Assembly (NCBI GenBank): GCA_002030015.1
Contig: LQBH01000002.1
Location: 20,396-84,395, forward strand
DNA length: 64,000 bases
Source of the DNA: a delta proteobacterium MLS_D
GTDB lineage: Bacteria; Desulfobacterota; Syntrophia; Syntrophales; UBA2210
Reading direction: 5' to 3'
Each line of letters starts with the position of its first letter. Position 1 is the first letter of the stretch. The notes under the pieces are model-generated. The model did no database searches. It saw only the letters and a program-made list of their open reading frames with translations, and was not told the DNA's origin. This document shows, piece after piece, positions 42,160 to 52,853 of this stretch. A program made the translations under genes and the position numbers.

Positions 42160-42630
42160 ATGCCGAGAAGAAGAGACATAGCAAAACGAAAACTGTTGCC
42201 CGATCCGCAGTACCATAACGTGCTGGTTACCCGTTTTATCAACAGTCTTCTCAAGTGCGGCAAAAAAAGCGTGGCGGAATCGATTATGTACAGCGCTTTT
42301 GACATCGTGGAAGACAAAACGAAGGAACCGCCGCTGGTCGTTTTCGAACGGGCCATGGAAAACGTGAAGCCTGTTCTGGAAGTAAAGTCAAGGCGGGTAG
42401 GCGGTGCCACGTACCAGGTTCCAACAGAAGTACAGCCGGAAAGACGTATCGCGCTGGCCATACGGTGGATCATCGGTAATGCGAAGGCTCGATCCGGCAG
42501 AAGCATGGAAGAAAAACTGGCCGCCGAATTTATTGATGCCGCCGCCAACCGGGGTTCCTCGGTGAAAAAACGGGAAGATACCCATAAAATGGCGGAGGCG
42601 AACAAGGCATTCGCTCATTACCGGTTCTGA
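42160..42630 (+). CDS. rpsG: 30S ribosomal protein S7
   Basis: MPRRR......L.PDP.Y.....T.FIN.L...GKKS.AE.I.Y.AF. Confidence 0.96.
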   Translation: MPRRRDIAKRKLLPDPQYHNVLVTRFINSLLKCGKKSVAESIMYSAFDIVEDKTKEPPLVVFERAMENVKPVLEVKSRRVGGATYQVPTEVQPERRIALAIRWIIGNAKARSGRSMEEKLAAEFIDAAANRGSSVKKREDTHKMAEANKAFAHYRF

Positions 42631-42759
42631 CAGCTTTTGGAGATTTTTCGCCGCCGGGTGATGTTGAACCGGCGTAAAACTGGCTAGTGAGGCCGAAAAC
42701 GTTCAGACTGTGTAGTACAAGAAAAGAGTCGTCCATTTCAACTAAAGGAGGCAATGGTT

Positions 42760-43953
42760 ATGGCGAAGAAAAAATTTGAAAGGAAGAAGCCCCATCTCAA
42801 TATCGGGACAATCGGGCACGTTGATCACGGCAAAACAACATTGACAGCCGCGATAACGAAGCACCTGTCGAAACGGGGCCTGGCGGAATTCAAGGCTTTC
42901 GATCAGATCGACAACGCCCCTGAAGAGAAGGAGCGAGGCGTAACCATTAATATAGCACACGTGGAATACGAGACGGATAAGCGTCATTACGCGCACGTCG
43001 ACTGCCCCGGTCACGCCGACTATATAAAGAATATGATATCCGGAGCAGCTCACATGGATGGCACTATTTTGGTCGTTGCCGCCTCCGACGGACCTATGCC
43101 CCAGACGCGTGAGCATATTCTTCTCGCCCGGCAGGTACAGGTTCCTTCCGTCGTTGTGTTCATGAACAAGATTGATCTCGTGGACGATCCGGAGCTGCTG
43201 GATCTTGTCGAACTTGAGTTGCGAGAACTCCTCACGGATTACGAATTTCCGGGCGACGAACTGCCGATCATTCGCGGGTCGGCGCTGAAGGCGCTGGAAT
43301 CGGACGATTCGGATTCGGAAGATGCCAAGTGTATATGGGAACTGATGGAAGCAGTTGATACGTTTGTTCCCGACCCCGTGAGGGATCTGGACAAGCCCTT
43401 TCTTATGCCCATCGGTGATGTATTCACCATATCGGGGCGTGGTACCGTGGTGACGGGACGAATCGACAGAGGAATTGTTAAGACCGGTGATGAGATTGAA
43501 GTCGTCGGTATACGTCCCACTTTCAAGACAGTCTGCACGGGCGTTGAGATGTTCCGCAAGACCCTGGATGAAGGCCGGGCCGGCGACGATGTCGGTATCC
43601 TGCTCAGGGGCACCAAGCGTGATGAAGTGGAACGGGGGCAGGTCGTGGCCAAACCCGGTTCGATCACGCCGCATACGAAATTCAAGGCCCAGGTCTACGT
43701 CCTGACAAAGGAAGAAGGCGGACGGCATACACCGTTTTTCGAAGGTTATCGTCCCCAGTTCTATTTCAGAACGACTGACGTGACCGGCGTGGTTCACCTT
43801 CTCGAGGGCGTTGAGATGGTTATGCCGGGGGACAATGTCGAGCTTCAGGGAGAACTGATCACGCCCATTGCCATGGAAGAAAAACTGCGGTTCGCCATCC
43901 GGGAAGGCGGAAGGACCGTCGGTGCGGGTGTCATCAGCCAAATCATAGAATAA
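42760..43953 (+). CDS. tuf: elongation factor Tu
   Basis: [51 protein letters not shown]. An alternative ATG is at 42754. Confidence 0.96.
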   Translation: MAKKKFERKKPHLNIGTIGHVDHGKTTLTAAITKHLSKRGLAEFKAFDQIDNAPEEKERGVTINIAHVEYETDKRHYAHVDCPGHADYIKNMISGAAHMDGTILVVAASDGPMPQTREHILLARQVQVPSVVVFMNKIDLVDDPELLDLVELELRELLTDYEFPGDELPIIRGSALKALESDDSDSEDAKCIWELMEAVDTFVPDPVRDLDKPFLMPIGDVFTISGRGTVVTGRIDRGIVKTGDEIEVVGIRPTFKTVCTGVEMFRKTLDEGRAGDDVGILLRGTKRDEVERGQVVAKPGSITPHTKFKAQVYVLTKEEGGRHTPFFEGYRPQFYFRTTDVTGVVHLLEGVEMVMPGDNVELQGELITPIAMEEKLRFAIREGGRTVGAGVISQIIE

Positions 43954-43986
43954 CGTAAAACAGGAAGAGCGTTCAGGTTCATACTT

Positions 43987-44295
43987 ATGGAAAACCAAAA
44001 GATCAGGATCCGCTTGAAAGCGTATGATTACAAGCTGCTTGACCGGTCGGCGGAAGAAATCGTCGAAACGGCGAAGCGGACGGGTGCGCGCGTAGCCGGG
44101 CCGATTCCGCTTCCCACCGACATTAATCGTTATTGCGTCAATCGATCGCCCCATGTGGACAAAAAATCGAGGGAGCAGTTTGAAATTCGGACCCATAAGC
44201 GCCTGATCGACATTATTGAACCTACCCAGGCGACAGTCGATACCCTCATGAAACTCGACCTGTCGGCGGGCGTGGACGTGGAAATAAAGTTGTAA
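43987..44295 (+). CDS. rpsJ: 30S ribosomal protein S10
   Basis: [11 protein letters not shown]...LD.S...[10 protein letters not shown]...GPIPLPT......[23 protein letters not shown]. Confidence 0.96.
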   Translation: MENQKIRIRLKAYDYKLLDRSAEEIVETAKRTGARVAGPIPLPTDINRYCVNRSPHVDKKSREQFEIRTHKRLIDIIEPTQATVDTLMKLDLSAGVDVEIKL

Positions 44296-44307
44296 GGGTT
44301 ATACCGA

Positions 44308-44348
44308 GAGGAGACGGGTGGTTTGCACGGCCGGTCTCCTCCTTTTTT
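44308..44348 (+). terminator. intrinsic terminator immediately after rpsJ
   Basis: GAGGAGAC (44308-44315) pairs with GTCTCCTC (44334-44341), with further inner G-C pairs, followed by C-TTTTTT (44343-44348). Confidence 0.55.
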
Positions 44349-44586
44349 CTCACATAACGGATACAACGACTTCGTAAAAGACTTTCTGCAGGGGCGTTTG
44401 CGATTTATCGTTTCAGCAGATTTGAAGAAAGAAGAAAGCTGAATAATCGTTCTTCGGCGCTGCAGGGCGGTTTTGGCTGTTGATCGTACGAACTTCGCGG
44501 CGGTAGTCGGTGGATAAAAGCCGTTTTGATGCAGATGATGGACAGGGGTTTCTGAGAGTTCATAACCAATGGGAAACGTGTCGGAT

Positions 44587-45216
44587 ATGGAACGGGGATT
44601 GATAGGCAAGAAACTTGGAATGAGCCAGGTGTTTTGGGGTGATGGATCAGTCATCCCGGTTACCGTCATTGAGGCGGGACCCTGTGTCGTAACGCAGAAG
44701 AAAACGAAAGAGACCGACGGATACGACGCCGTACAGATCGGTTTTGAGCGACGGCGGGAGAAACGGACCACGAAGCCACTCCAGGGACACTTCGAGAAGG
44801 CCGGCAAGGGATGTTTTAGAATCCTCCGGGAATTTCGGACGGACAATCCCGATGAGTACGAACTGGGACAGGAGTTGACGGCGGAAATATTCGACGTCGG
44901 TGACCACATTGATATAGTGGGAACGACGAAGGGTCGAGGGTTCGCCGGGGTGATCAAAAGGCACGGCTTCCACGGAGGAAGGGCGACTCACGGATCAATG
45001 TTTCATCGTGCGCCCGGTTCCATCGGTGCCAGCGCCTACCCGTCACGGGTGTTCAAGGGAACGAAGCTGCCGGGGCAGATGGGGAATGTGAGGAAGACCG
45101 TACAGAATCTTGTTGTAGTCGGTGTCAGTCCTGAGAGGAATCTGATTTTTGTCAGGGGTGCGGTGCCGGGCAGCGTCAGCGGTATTGTTCTGATCAAGGA
45201 CGCCGTTAAAGCATAA
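44587..45216 (+). CDS. rplC: 50S ribosomal protein L3
   Basis: [13 protein letters not shown]...G...[14 protein letters not shown]...DGY.AVQ. An alternative ATG is at 44569. Confidence 0.95.
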   Translation: MERGLIGKKLGMSQVFWGDGSVIPVTVIEAGPCVVTQKKTKETDGYDAVQIGFERRREKRTTKPLQGHFEKAGKGCFRILREFRTDNPDEYELGQELTAEIFDVGDHIDIVGTTKGRGFAGVIKRHGFHGGRATHGSMFHRAPGSIGASAYPSRVFKGTKLPGQMGNVRKTVQNLVVVGVSPERNLIFVRGAVPGSVSGIVLIKDAVKA

Positions 45217-45230
45217 TTATTCGGGAGAGT

Positions 45231-45857
45231 ATGATGGCCCTTCAGGCGATATACGATATTGATAACAATAAGGTCGGCGAAATCGACCTCGATGATCGGG
45301 TTTTTGCAGTTCCCGTCAACAGGCACGTCTTGTACGAAGTTACAACCATGCAGTTGGCGCGTCGCAGAGGAGGAACGGCTGCGACGAAGGGACGGAGCGA
45401 TGTCCGGGGAGGCGGGAAAAAGCCCTGGCGCCAGAAAGGGACCGGCCGTGCGAGGGCAGGAACCACGAGATCGCCCCTGTGGAGAGGCGGGGGAGTTGTT
45501 TTCGGGCCGAAGCCGCGAGACTATTCCTACAGAGTTCCGAGAAAAGTGCGCAAGGCGGCGCTCAGGTCTGCTCTCAGTATGAAGGTGCAGGAGGACAGGT
45601 TGCTGATTCTGCGGGACATCTCGCTGGACGAGATCAAGACGCGAAAATTCAAAGAGATTCTTGATCGTTTTGGGTTGTCGCGGGTACTGTTCGTGATTCA
45701 CAAGGATGACGAGGTGCTGGGAAAATCATCGAGAAACATACCAACGGTTAAAATGATGCGTGCCGAGGGAATCAATGTCTATGATCTGTTGAGGTACGAC
45801 ACGGTAGTGTTTACGGAACCGTCGGTCAAGATGATAGAGGGGGTACTTCTTTCATAA
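45231..45857 (+). CDS. rplD: 50S ribosomal protein L4
   Basis: [37 protein letters not shown]. Confidence 0.96.
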   Translation: MMALQAIYDIDNNKVGEIDLDDRVFAVPVNRHVLYEVTTMQLARRRGGTAATKGRSDVRGGGKKPWRQKGTGRARAGTTRSPLWRGGGVVFGPKPRDYSYRVPRKVRKAALRSALSMKVQEDRLLILRDISLDEIKTRKFKEILDRFGLSRVLFVIHKDDEVLGKSSRNIPTVKMMRAEGINVYDLLRYDTVVFTEPSVKMIEGVLLS

Positions 45858-46144
45858 TGGAACTGTACGATGTTATCAAGAAACCCCTGATCACGGAAAA
45901 AAGTACGATCCTCCGTGAAGGATCGAATGCATATGTGTTCGAGATCAATCGACAGGCGACAAAGATAGAAGTGCGTAACGCCGTCGAGAAGATATTCAAG
46001 GTGACCGTGAAGGATGTGAGAACGGTTAATATGCGGGGCAAGAAAAAGCGGCACGGCAGAATCATCGGCAGAAGGAACCACTGGAAAAAAGCGGTTGTAA
46101 CCCTCGCTCCGGGTGATTCGATTGACGTATACGGCGGCATATAG
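45857..46144 (+). CDS. rplW: 50S ribosomal protein L23
   Basis: [11 protein letters not shown].......N.YVF.......K.E...AVEKIF.V.V..V.T. Confidence 0.95.
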   Translation: MELYDVIKKPLITEKSTILREGSNAYVFEINRQATKIEVRNAVEKIFKVTVKDVRTVNMRGKKKRHGRIIGRRNHWKKAVVTLAPGDSIDVYGGI

Positions 46145-46169
46145 AAGAGGATACAAGGCAGGCTGAAAA

Positions 46170-46991
46170 ATGGCGATCAAGACATACAAACCAACGTCGC
46201 CCGGGAGGCGGTTCCAGACGAGCGCAAGTTTTGAGGAACTGACGAAAAGTGAACCGGAAAAATCACTTCTTCGTCCCCTCAGGAAATCGGGTGGACGCAA
46301 CAATTACGGACGGATGACCAACCGTTACAAGGGCGGCGGTCACAAGCGCAAATACAGGGTCGTTGATTTCAAGCGGGAGAAAACGGACATACCGGCTCGC
46401 GTTACGGCTATTGAATATGACCCGAACCGATCGTCAAGGATCGCGCTCATCTGCTACGCCGACGGCGAGAAACGTTACATCCTGGCCCCGGTGGGACTGA
46501 ATCCCGGTGACATGATTATCAGCAGTGAAGGTGCCGACGTAAAGCCAGGGAATACGCTGCCTCTTAAGAATATTCCCCTGGGAACGCTGATTCACAATCT
46601 TGAACTGAAGGCCGGCAAGGGAGGGCAGATAATCCGGAGTGCCGGTTCATACGGGCAGTTAATGGCACGGGAAGGTTCCTACGCGCAGATTCGTCTTCCC
46701 TCGGGAGAAGTTCGCAAGGTTCGAGTAGAATGCAAGGCGACTATCGGTCAGGTGGGCAACATAGAGCATGAGAACGTGAGCCTGGGCAAGGCGGGCCGGT
46801 CGCGGTGGCTCGGGATTCGTCCCCACGTCCGCGGCGTGGTGAAAAATCCCGTCGATCATCCCATGGGAGGCGGTGAGGGGCGATCCTCCGGAGGCAGACA
46901 CCCCTGCACGCCCTGGGGTGTGCCTACGAAAGGCTACAAAACCAGGAAAAATAAATATTCTGATAAATATATTGTCAAGAAGAGAGGGTAG
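46170..46991 (+). CDS. rplB: 50S ribosomal protein L2
   Basis: [21 protein letters not shown] and HPHGGGEG-like [16 protein letters not shown]. Confidence 0.96.
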   Translation: MAIKTYKPTSPGRRFQTSASFEELTKSEPEKSLLRPLRKSGGRNNYGRMTNRYKGGGHKRKYRVVDFKREKTDIPARVTAIEYDPNRSSRIALICYADGEKRYILAPVGLNPGDMIISSEGADVKPGNTLPLKNIPLGTLIHNLELKAGKGGQIIRSAGSYGQLMAREGSYAQIRLPSGEVRKVRVECKATIGQVGNIEHENVSLGKAGRSRWLGIRPHVRGVVKNPVDHPMGGGEGRSSGGRHPCTPWGVPTKGYKTRKNKYSDKYIVKKRG

Positions 46992-46997
46992 GAAAGC

Positions 46998-47282
46998 GTG
47001 GCGCGTTCGATAAAAAAAGGTCCCTATATTGAAGAAAGGCTCCTGCAGAAGGTCCGGAAGGCCGAAGCGAGCGGCAGCAGGACGGTTCTCAAAACCTGGT
47101 CGCGCCGGTCCACCATTGTTCCTGAGCTTCTGGGGCATACCTTTGCGGTTCACAACGGGAAAAAATTCATTCCCGTCTACGTGACCGAGAATATGGTAGG
47201 ACACAAGCTCGGGGAATTCGCTCCGACGAGAACGTTTTACGGTCATGCGGGAGACAGAAAGTCCAAACTGAAGAGAAAGTAG
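46998..47282 (+). CDS. rpsS: 30S ribosomal protein S19
   Basis: ARSIKKGPY....L..K........K.....[43 protein letters not shown] start. Confidence 0.96.
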   Translation: MARSIKKGPYIEERLLQKVRKAEASGSRTVLKTWSRRSTIVPELLGHTFAVHNGKKFIPVYVTENMVGHKLGEFAPTRTFYGHAGDRKSKLKRK

Positions 47283-47319
47283 AAACCCGGGAACGGGAGT
47301 TTCGTGGGGTCAGAGATAC

Positions 47320-47652
47320 ATGGAATCAAAGGCTATAGTCAGATACGCGCGTATTTCACCGCAGAAAACAAAGCTGGTGGCGGATCTTATTCGCGGCAAA
47401 AAGGTGGACGACGCTGAGGTGATGCTTCAGTACACCGAGAAGAAAGCGGCCGGAATCGTCGGGAAATTATTAAAGTCGGCGGTCGCCAATGCCGTTCAGA
47501 ATCCGGCCATTGATGAAAACGTGCTCTACGTGAAGGAAATTTATGTCGGTCCGGGGCCGGTCATGAAGCGATGGCGCGCACGCGCGCAGGGCCGCGTGGC
47601 TCCAATACGAAAGCGAACCAGTAACATCACCGTCGTTTTGGCTGAGCGGTAA
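47320..47652 (+). CDS. rplV: 50S ribosomal protein L22
   Basis: A..RY.RISPQK..LVADLIRGK.V..A...L and GP..KR...RA.GRA..I.KRTSHI-like ending. Confidence 0.95.
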   Translation: MESKAIVRYARISPQKTKLVADLIRGKKVDDAEVMLQYTEKKAAGIVGKLLKSAVANAVQNPAIDENVLYVKEIYVGPGPVMKRWRARAQGRVAPIRKRTSNITVVLAER

Positions 47653-47673
47653 CGGTTGTGAGGAGGTGAGGCC

Positions 47674-48321
47674 TTGGGCCAGAAAGTAAATCCGATTGGA
47701 TTCAGGCTGGGTGTTAATAAAACGTGGAATTCACGGTGGTTCGCCGACAAGAAGTACGCCCGGCTCCTGCACGAAGATATCAGGATCAGGGAGTTTCTGA
47801 AAAAGAAATTCTATCATGCGGGTGTTTCTAAAATAGAGATTGAGCGCGCTGCTGAGAAGGCGAAGATAAACATCTACACGGCCCGACCCGGCATCATTAT
47901 CGGCAGGAAAGGCGCGGAGATCGAAAAGTTGAAAAAGGAACTCGAGCGGTTCATGACCGGCGAGGCCATTATAAATATTCTGGAAGTACGCAAACCAGAA
48001 GTCGACGCCCAGCTGGTGGCCGAGAATATCGCCCTGCAGCTCGAACGACGCGTCGCCTTTCGAAGAGCGATGAAACGGGCCGTACAGACGGCGATGAAAT
48101 TCGGCGCCCAGGGAATCCGCGTCGCCTGCGCCGGCAGGCTGGGAGGCGCGGAAATGGCCCGGCGGGAGTGGTACCGTGAAGGCCGCGTGCCTTTGCACAC
48201 GCTGAGAGCCGATATAGACTACGGGCTGGCGGAAGCCCGCACGACCTACGGCGCGATAGGTGTTCAGGTACTTATATTCCATGGCGAGATCCTTCCCGAC
48301 GGGAAGGCCGTTGGTATCTGA
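47674..48321 (+). CDS. rpsC: 30S ribosomal protein S3
   Basis: [12 protein letters not shown]....W.SRWFA...Y, and the KH domain [28 protein letters not shown] start. Confidence 0.96.
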   Translation: MGQKVNPIGFRLGVNKTWNSRWFADKKYARLLHEDIRIREFLKKKFYHAGVSKIEIERAAEKAKINIYTARPGIIIGRKGAEIEKLKKELERFMTGEAIINILEVRKPEVDAQLVAENIALQLERRVAFRRAMKRAVQTAMKFGAQGIRVACAGRLGGAEMARREWYREGRVPLHTLRADIDYGLAEARTTYGAIGVQVLIFHGEILPDGKAVGI

Positions 48322-48374
48322 AAATACGTTTGTAAAAGAGGGTTACCTCACAGGACAGGACAGGGAACAGAGTT

Positions 48375-48803
48375 ATGCTGGCGCCAAAACGGATAAAATA
48401 CAGGAAAGTACAGAAGGGGAAGGGATCCCTGAAGGGTAAGGCTCAACGCGCGAACAAGGTTGATTTCGGTGAGTTCGGCTTGCAGGCAACCGGAAGCGGT
48501 CATGTGACGGCCCGCCAGATCGAGGCGGCCCGTATCGCCATTACCCGCCATGTACGGCGCGGTGGTAAAGTCTGGATCAGGATATTTCCCCACAAGCCTG
48601 TGACGAGAAAACCCCTTGAAACACGAATGGGAAAAGGGAAAGGTTCGCCGGAAGAGTGGGTGGCGGTCGTCAAGAAAGGTGCGGTTCTGTACGAAATGGA
48701 AGGAATTCCTCGAGAGATCGCACAGGAAGCCTTCAGGCTGGCCGCCCAGAAACTTCCCATAGCGACGAAATTTCTGTCCCGGGAGATATTCGATGAAGTC
48801 TAA
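48375..48803 (+). CDS. rplP: 50S ribosomal protein L16
   Basis: [14 protein letters not shown]...G.A.R...V.FG.FGL.A and [16 protein letters not shown]. Confidence 0.96.
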   Translation: MLAPKRIKYRKVQKGKGSLKGKAQRANKVDFGEFGLQATGSGHVTARQIEAARIAITRHVRRGGKVWIRIFPHKPVTRKPLETRMGKGKGSPEEWVAVVKKGAVLYEMEGIPREIAQEAFRLAAQKLPIATKFLSREIFDEV

Positions 48804-48984
48804 GGAAATCAGGGAACTCAGCGTTGACGAACTGAGACAGAAGGAAAGGACTCTCGTGGAAGAACTCTTTAAACTGCGCTTCAGGAGCGCGGCAGGTCAG
48901 CTCGAGTCGACGGCGTCGCTGAAAAAGACCCGGAAGAACATCGCTCTGGTCAAGACGATGCTCAGGGAAAAGGGGGTTAGGTAG
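48793..48984 (+). CDS. rpmC: 50S ribosomal protein L29
   Basis: 63 aa. K..E.RELS..EL..K...L..ELF.LRF....GQLE. Confidence 0.94.
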   Translation: MKSKEIRELSVDELRQKERTLVEELFKLRFRSAAGQLESTASLKKTRKNIALVKTMLREKGVR

Positions 48985-48989
48985 CCGGT

Positions 48990-49247
48990 ATGGATCAACG
49001 GAAACCGAGGAAAACCCTTCAGGGAATTGTGGTCAGCGACAGGATGGACAAGACGGTCGTTGTTCGAACGGAACGGCTGGTGAAATATCGAAAGTTTCAT
49101 AAGTACGTGAAACGGCACATAAAATACAAGGCACACGATGAGAACAACAGCTGTGGTATAGGAGATCGTGTGCTGATTGTGGAATCGCGGCCGCTGAGCA
49201 GAGATAAACGATGGCGCGTCCGGCAGGTGGTTGAGAAGGCGAGATAA
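48990..49247 (+). CDS. rpsQ: 30S ribosomal protein S17
   Basis: TLQG.VVSD.MDKTVVV..ER...H..Y.K.......Y.AHDE.N....GD.V.I.E.RPLS..K.W. Confidence 0.95.
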   Translation: MDQRKPRKTLQGIVVSDRMDKTVVVRTERLVKYRKFHKYVKRHIKYKAHDENNSCGIGDRVLIVESRPLSRDKRWRVRQVVEKAR

Positions 49248-49272
49248 TGTACGCCTGGGATGAGGTAGTGTT

Positions 49273-49641
49273 ATGATACAAATGCAGACATCCTTGAACG
49301 TGGCGGATAATTCAGGGGCCAAGCGGGTCAGTTGCATCAAGGTGCTTGGCGGTTCGAGAAGGCGATACGCGCGAGTGGGCGACGTAATCATCGTTTCGGT
49401 GAAAGAGGCCATTCCGAACGGCAAGGTGAAGAAGGGCGACGTGATGAAGGCCGTCGTGGTTCGAACGGTTAAAGAGGTGGGACGGGAAGACGGTACCTAT
49501 CTGAAGTTCGATGATAACGCGGCTGTCCTCATTAACGATAACATGGAACCCGTGGGAACACGGATATTCGGGCCAGTAGCCCGTGAATTACGCGCCAGGC
49601 AGTTCATGAAAATCGTGTCACTGGCGCCTGAAGCCATATGA
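49273..49641 (+). CDS. rplN: 50S ribosomal protein L14
   Basis: [16 protein letters not shown]...[36 protein letters not shown]. Confidence 0.96.
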   Translation: MIQMQTSLNVADNSGAKRVSCIKVLGGSRRRYARVGDVIIVSVKEAIPNGKVKKGDVMKAVVVRTVKEVGREDGTYLKFDDNAAVLINDNMEPVGTRIFGPVARELRARQFMKIVSLAPEAI

Positions 49642-49670
49642 GGGCGCGCAAAGACGACGGGAAACGGCAC

Positions 49671-49982
49671 ATGTACGTAAGAAAAGGCGATACGGTAAAA
49701 GTCATAGCCGGCAAGGAAAAAGGTAAGACCGGCAAAGTCCTCAAGATCCTGAAAGACAAGAACAGGGTCATTGTGGAAAAAGTGAACTTTGTGAAGAAGC
49801 ACCAGCGTCCCGACGCCAGGGGCAAGGGCGGTATTCTGCAGAAGGAAGGTTCGATTCACGTTTCGGACGTACTGGTGGTTTGCAGTAAGTGCGACAGAGA
49901 GATTCGCGTGGGTCACCGGGTGCTTCAGGACGGGAAGAAAGTCCGCGTCTGCAGTAAATGCGGCGAGATTCTTGATGAATAG
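49671..49982 (+). CDS. rplX: 50S ribosomal protein L24 (zinc-ribbon C-terminus)
   Basis: KOW motif V.KGD.V.VIAGKEKGK.GKV and a C-terminal CSKCD...CSKCG. The ORF track starts at 49638, overlapping rplN. Confidence 0.93.
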   Translation: MYVRKGDTVKVIAGKEKGKTGKVLKILKDKNRVIVEKVNFVKKHQRPDARGKGGILQKEGSIHVSDVLVVCSKCDREIRVGHRVLQDGKKVRVCSKCGEILDE

Positions 49983-49997
49983 TCAGGGGATGTATCG

Positions 49998-50537
49998 ATG
50001 GCAAGATTAAGGGAATATTACACAACTGAAGTTGTTCCCACTCTGAAGAAAGAGTTCGGCTACAATAATATAATGCAGGTCCCCCGGCTCGAGAAGATAG
50101 TGGTAAATATCGGACTGGGCGAGGCGATTCAAAACGTGAAGCTTCTCGACTCGGCGATTTCGGAACTTTCCATGATTACGGGCCAGCGGCCGGTGGTTAC
50201 AAAGGCGAGAAAATCGATCGCGACTTTCAAATTGCGGAAAGGCATGTCGATAGGATGCATGGTGACGCTTCGGGGCGATCGTATGTACGAGTTTTTTGAT
50301 CGTTTCGTCAATGTGGCGATTCCCCGGATACGGGATTTCAGGGGGATCTCCCCCCGTTCCTTTGACGGAAGAGGAAATTTTTCGACGGGTATTGTTGAGC
50401 ATTATATTTTCCCCGAGACGGACTATGACAAGATAGACAAGGTGTTCGGGATGAACGTAACTATTGTAACGACTGCCAGGACGGACGACGAGGCGCGGGA
50501 ACTGCTCCGCATTATGGGCCTCGCTTTTCGAAACTAG
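49998..50537 (+). CDS. rplE: 50S ribosomal protein L5
   Basis: L.E.Y...[25 protein letters not shown] and RDFRG.S..SFDGRGN...G..E...FPE. Confidence 0.96.
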   Translation: MARLREYYTTEVVPTLKKEFGYNNIMQVPRLEKIVVNIGLGEAIQNVKLLDSAISELSMITGQRPVVTKARKSIATFKLRKGMSIGCMVTLRGDRMYEFFDRFVNVAIPRIRDFRGISPRSFDGRGNFSTGIVEHYIFPETDYDKIDKVFGMNVTIVTTARTDDEARELLRIMGLAFRN

Positions 50538-50558
50538 CATTCGGACGGAGGATAGAGA

Positions 50559-50744
50559 GTGGCAAAGAAATCCTTGATGGCGAAATCGAAAAGGAAAAAC
50601 AAGTTTCCCGTTCGGGAGTACAACCGCTGTCCTCTCTGTGGACGTCCGCGCGCGTACTATCGCAAATTTGACATGTGCCGCATATGCCTGCGCAAGCGTG
50701 CGCTTAACGGGGAAATTCCCGGCATGATCAAGGCAAGCTGGTAA
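50559..50744 (+). CDS. rpsN: 30S ribosomal protein S14 type Z (zinc-binding, 61 aa)
   Basis: AKKSLMAK.....F.VR.YNRC..CGRPRAY.RKF..CRICLR..A..GEIPG..KASW. GTG start. Confidence 0.95.
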   Translation: MAKKSLMAKSKRKNKFPVREYNRCPLCGRPRAYYRKFDMCRICLRKRALNGEIPGMIKASW

Positions 50745-50755
50745 GGGGTTAAGGT

Positions 50756-51160
50756 ATGGCCATAACGGATCCGATAGCTGATATGCTGACGCGTATACGA
50801 AACGCGAATCGTAACAAGTTCAAGAGTGTCGACGTTCTCATGTCGAAAATGAACACCGAAATTGCGAAGGTGTTAAAGAGAACAGGCTACATTAACGGGT
50901 ACGATATCAAGAAGGATCATCGCACCGGGCATAGCGTATTGAGGATATATTTAAAATATTCTTCCTCGAAGGGCCAGGTCATTCGGGATCTGCAGCGAAT
51001 CAGTAAGCCCAGTCGCCGTGTGTACTCGCAAAGCCGCGAGATTCCTCCGGTGCTCAACGGATATGGAGTGGCGATAGTTTCCACGTCGAGGGGAATCATG
51101 ACCGACAAGGAAGCACGTGCGCTCAACGTGGGCGGAGAATTGATCTGCAGCGTCTGGTAG
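50756..51160 (+). CDS. rpsH: 30S ribosomal protein S8
   Basis: [13 protein letters not shown]........V......K....I..VLK..GYI. Confidence 0.96.
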   Translation: MAITDPIADMLTRIRNANRNKFKSVDVLMSKMNTEIAKVLKRTGYINGYDIKKDHRTGHSVLRIYLKYSSSKGQVIRDLQRISKPSRRVYSQSREIPPVLNGYGVAIVSTSRGIMTDKEARALNVGGELICSVW

Positions 51161-51191
51161 ACGGTGCGAGCCGTAATCGGGAGAAGTATTT

Positions 51192-51731
51192 ATGTCGAGG
51201 ATAGGTAAAGAGCCGATACCAATACCGGAAAAGGTTGCCGTTGCCATGGAGGCCGGGCTTGTCAAGGTTGAAGGTCCGAAAGGCGCCTTGGAGCGGCCGT
51301 TGCCCCGGGACGTCGATATCACCATTGACGATGGTAAAATCAACGTGGCAAGGCGGGTGGACAACCGTCGAGGGAGGGCCTTTCAGGGTCTCGCGAGAAC
51401 ACTGTTGTTCAACATGGTGCAGGGTGTCAGCACGGGATACGAAAAGCGTCTTGAGATTGTCGGTGTAGGTTACCGCGGCGAAATCGAAGGGAGCACGCTC
51501 AGGCTGTTGCTCGGTTTTTCGAAGCCCGTGGAATACCCGGTTCCCGACGGAATAACCGTATCGATTGAAAAACAGGTCGGCATCACCATAAGCGGCATTG
51601 ATAAGGAACTGGTGGGCCGCGTGGCGTCCGAAATCCGCGCGCTTAAAAAGCCCGAACCTTACAAGGGGAAGGGCATACGCTACGCCGGGGAAACGGTGCG
51701 CCGCAAAGTCGGAAAATCGGCTGGTGCATGA
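51192..51731 (+). CDS. rplF: 50S ribosomal protein L6
   Basis: MSRIGK.PI.IP..V.V......V.V.GPKG.L and EPYKGKGIRY.GE.VRRK.GK. Confidence 0.96.
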   Translation: MSRIGKEPIPIPEKVAVAMEAGLVKVEGPKGALERPLPRDVDITIDDGKINVARRVDNRRGRAFQGLARTLLFNMVQGVSTGYEKRLEIVGVGYRGEIEGSTLRLLLGFSKPVEYPVPDGITVSIEKQVGITISGIDKELVGRVASEIRALKKPEPYKGKGIRYAGETVRRKVGKSAGA

Positions 51732-51761
51732 GGCGGGATAACCTAAGAGGAGCAATGGGTT

Positions 51762-52130
51762 GTGTCTTTTGAAAAGAGATTGAAAAAAAACAGAGAGAGA
51801 CGGAAAAACAGGGTTCGCGGTAAGATCCGTGGGACGGCGCAGCGACCGCGACTTTCCGTCTTTAGAAGCACACGTTATATATACGTTCAGGCTATCGACG
51901 ACGATGCCGGGAAAACGCTGGCAGCGACTTCGTCGCTCGCCGGGGAATTAAAGGACGACTTAAAAGGCAGGAAAAAAACAGACGCCGCGTACGAAGTGGG
52001 CAGGCATATCGCACGGCGTCTCCTTGCGGATAATGTCACCGAAGCGGTTTATGACCGGGGAAGCTATCTTTACCACGGTCGTGTCAGGGCGCTCGCGGAT
52101 GGTGCGCGGCACGAAGGACTGAAAATTTAA
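51762..52130 (+). CDS. rplR: 50S ribosomal protein L18
   Basis: [29 protein letters not shown] and DRG.Y.YHGRV.ALADGAR..GL. GTG start. Confidence 0.94.
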   Translation: MSFEKRLKKNRERRKNRVRGKIRGTAQRPRLSVFRSTRYIYVQAIDDDAGKTLAATSSLAGELKDDLKGRKKTDAAYEVGRHIARRLLADNVTEAVYDRGSYLYHGRVRALADGARHEGLKI

Positions 52131-52156
52131 CAGCAGCAGGCGCGGAAAAGGAAGAC

Positions 52157-52636
52157 ATGGAAGAGAACGAACTTCTCGATAAGGTGATCGCGATTAAGAG
52201 AACGGCCAAGGTGGTCAAGGGCGGAAGGCGATTCAGGTTCAGTGCCGTCATGGTTGTGGGAGACGGAAACGGCTCCGTTGGAATCGGACTCGGCAAAGCG
52301 CAGGAAGTGCCCGAGGCGATTCGCAAGGGAACGGAGATGGCAAAGAAGAACATGGCCCGTGTAGCGATCAAGGACGGAACCATACCGCACGGCGTCGTCG
52401 GCCACTACGGGTCGGGCAGGGTTCTTCTGAAACCGGCCGCCAAGGGAACAGGACTGATCGCCGGCGGGGCCGTGAGGGCAGTTCTCGAGGTTGCGGGAGT
52501 TCACAACGTGCTGACAAAATGTCTCGGGTCCCATAATCCGCATAACCTGGTCAGGGCGACCATGGCGGGGCTCAAGGATTTGAGAGCGCCCGAACACATC
52601 GCCGCTCTTCGGAACAAGGAATTATCGGAGTTATAA
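52157..52636 (+). CDS. rpsE: 30S ribosomal protein S5
   Basis: [32 protein letters not shown]. Confidence 0.96.
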   Translation: MEENELLDKVIAIKRTAKVVKGGRRFRFSAVMVVGDGNGSVGIGLGKAQEVPEAIRKGTEMAKKNMARVAIKDGTIPHGVVGHYGSGRVLLKPAAKGTGLIAGGAVRAVLEVAGVHNVLTKCLGSHNPHNLVRATMAGLKDLRAPEHIAALRNKELSEL

Positions 52637-52655
52637 CCTGTTTGAGGTATTCGTC

Positions 52656-52853
52656 GTGACGAGTCGCGTAAAAATTACACTGGTGAAAAGCCCTATAGGG
52701 AGGCCCGAAAGACAGAGGCGGGTTCTCCTCGGCATGGGGCTCGGAAAAGTAGGCAGGACGGTATGCCTGAACGACACACCGGAAGTCAAAGGAATGATCA
52801 GAAAGGTCAGTCACCTGGTTTCCGTCGAAGAATACGAGGAGACTGCGTCATGA
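52656..52853 (+). CDS. rpmD: 50S ribosomal protein L30
   Basis: 65 aa. [22 protein letters not shown]......L.DTPE.RGMI.KV.HLV. GTG start. Confidence 0.93.
   Translation: MTSRVKITLVKSPIGRPERQRRVLLGMGLGKVGRTVCLNDTPEVKGMIRKVSHLVSVEEYEETAS

Noticed and set aside
42760-43953. EF-Tu substitutions at usually invariant spots: [11 protein letters not shown] versus the usual NMITGAAQMDG, and PIGDVF versus PIEDVF.
   Set aside because: These are isolated, mostly conservative changes judged only from memory of the consensus. The rest of the protein is canonical. This is not enough to claim altered function.
42742-44196. A 484-aa ORF on the - strand, antisense to tuf and the start of rpsJ.
   Set aside because: The sense strand encodes EF-Tu with essentially all invariant motifs. 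The antisense product is R/P/G-rich low-complexity sequence with no recognisable domain. Long antisense ORFs of this kind are a known by-product of codon bias in GC-rich genes.
44130-44957. A 275-aa - strand ORF covering the rpsJ-rplC spacer. It might have explained the gap as a coding gene.
   Set aside because: It begins inside rplC antisense and ends inside rpsJ antisense. It has no internal Met within the spacer, no RBS, and a low-complexity S/P/R-rich composition. The spacer is better treated as non-coding.
49671-49982. A CxxC...CxxC zinc-ribbon at the C-terminus of L24. L33, S14 (type Z), L36 and S4 also have Cys-rich forms here.
   Set aside because: Zinc-ribbon versions of these r-proteins are well known; Thermus L24, for example, has the same CxxC pairs. 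They only indicate that the organism keeps the C+ forms.
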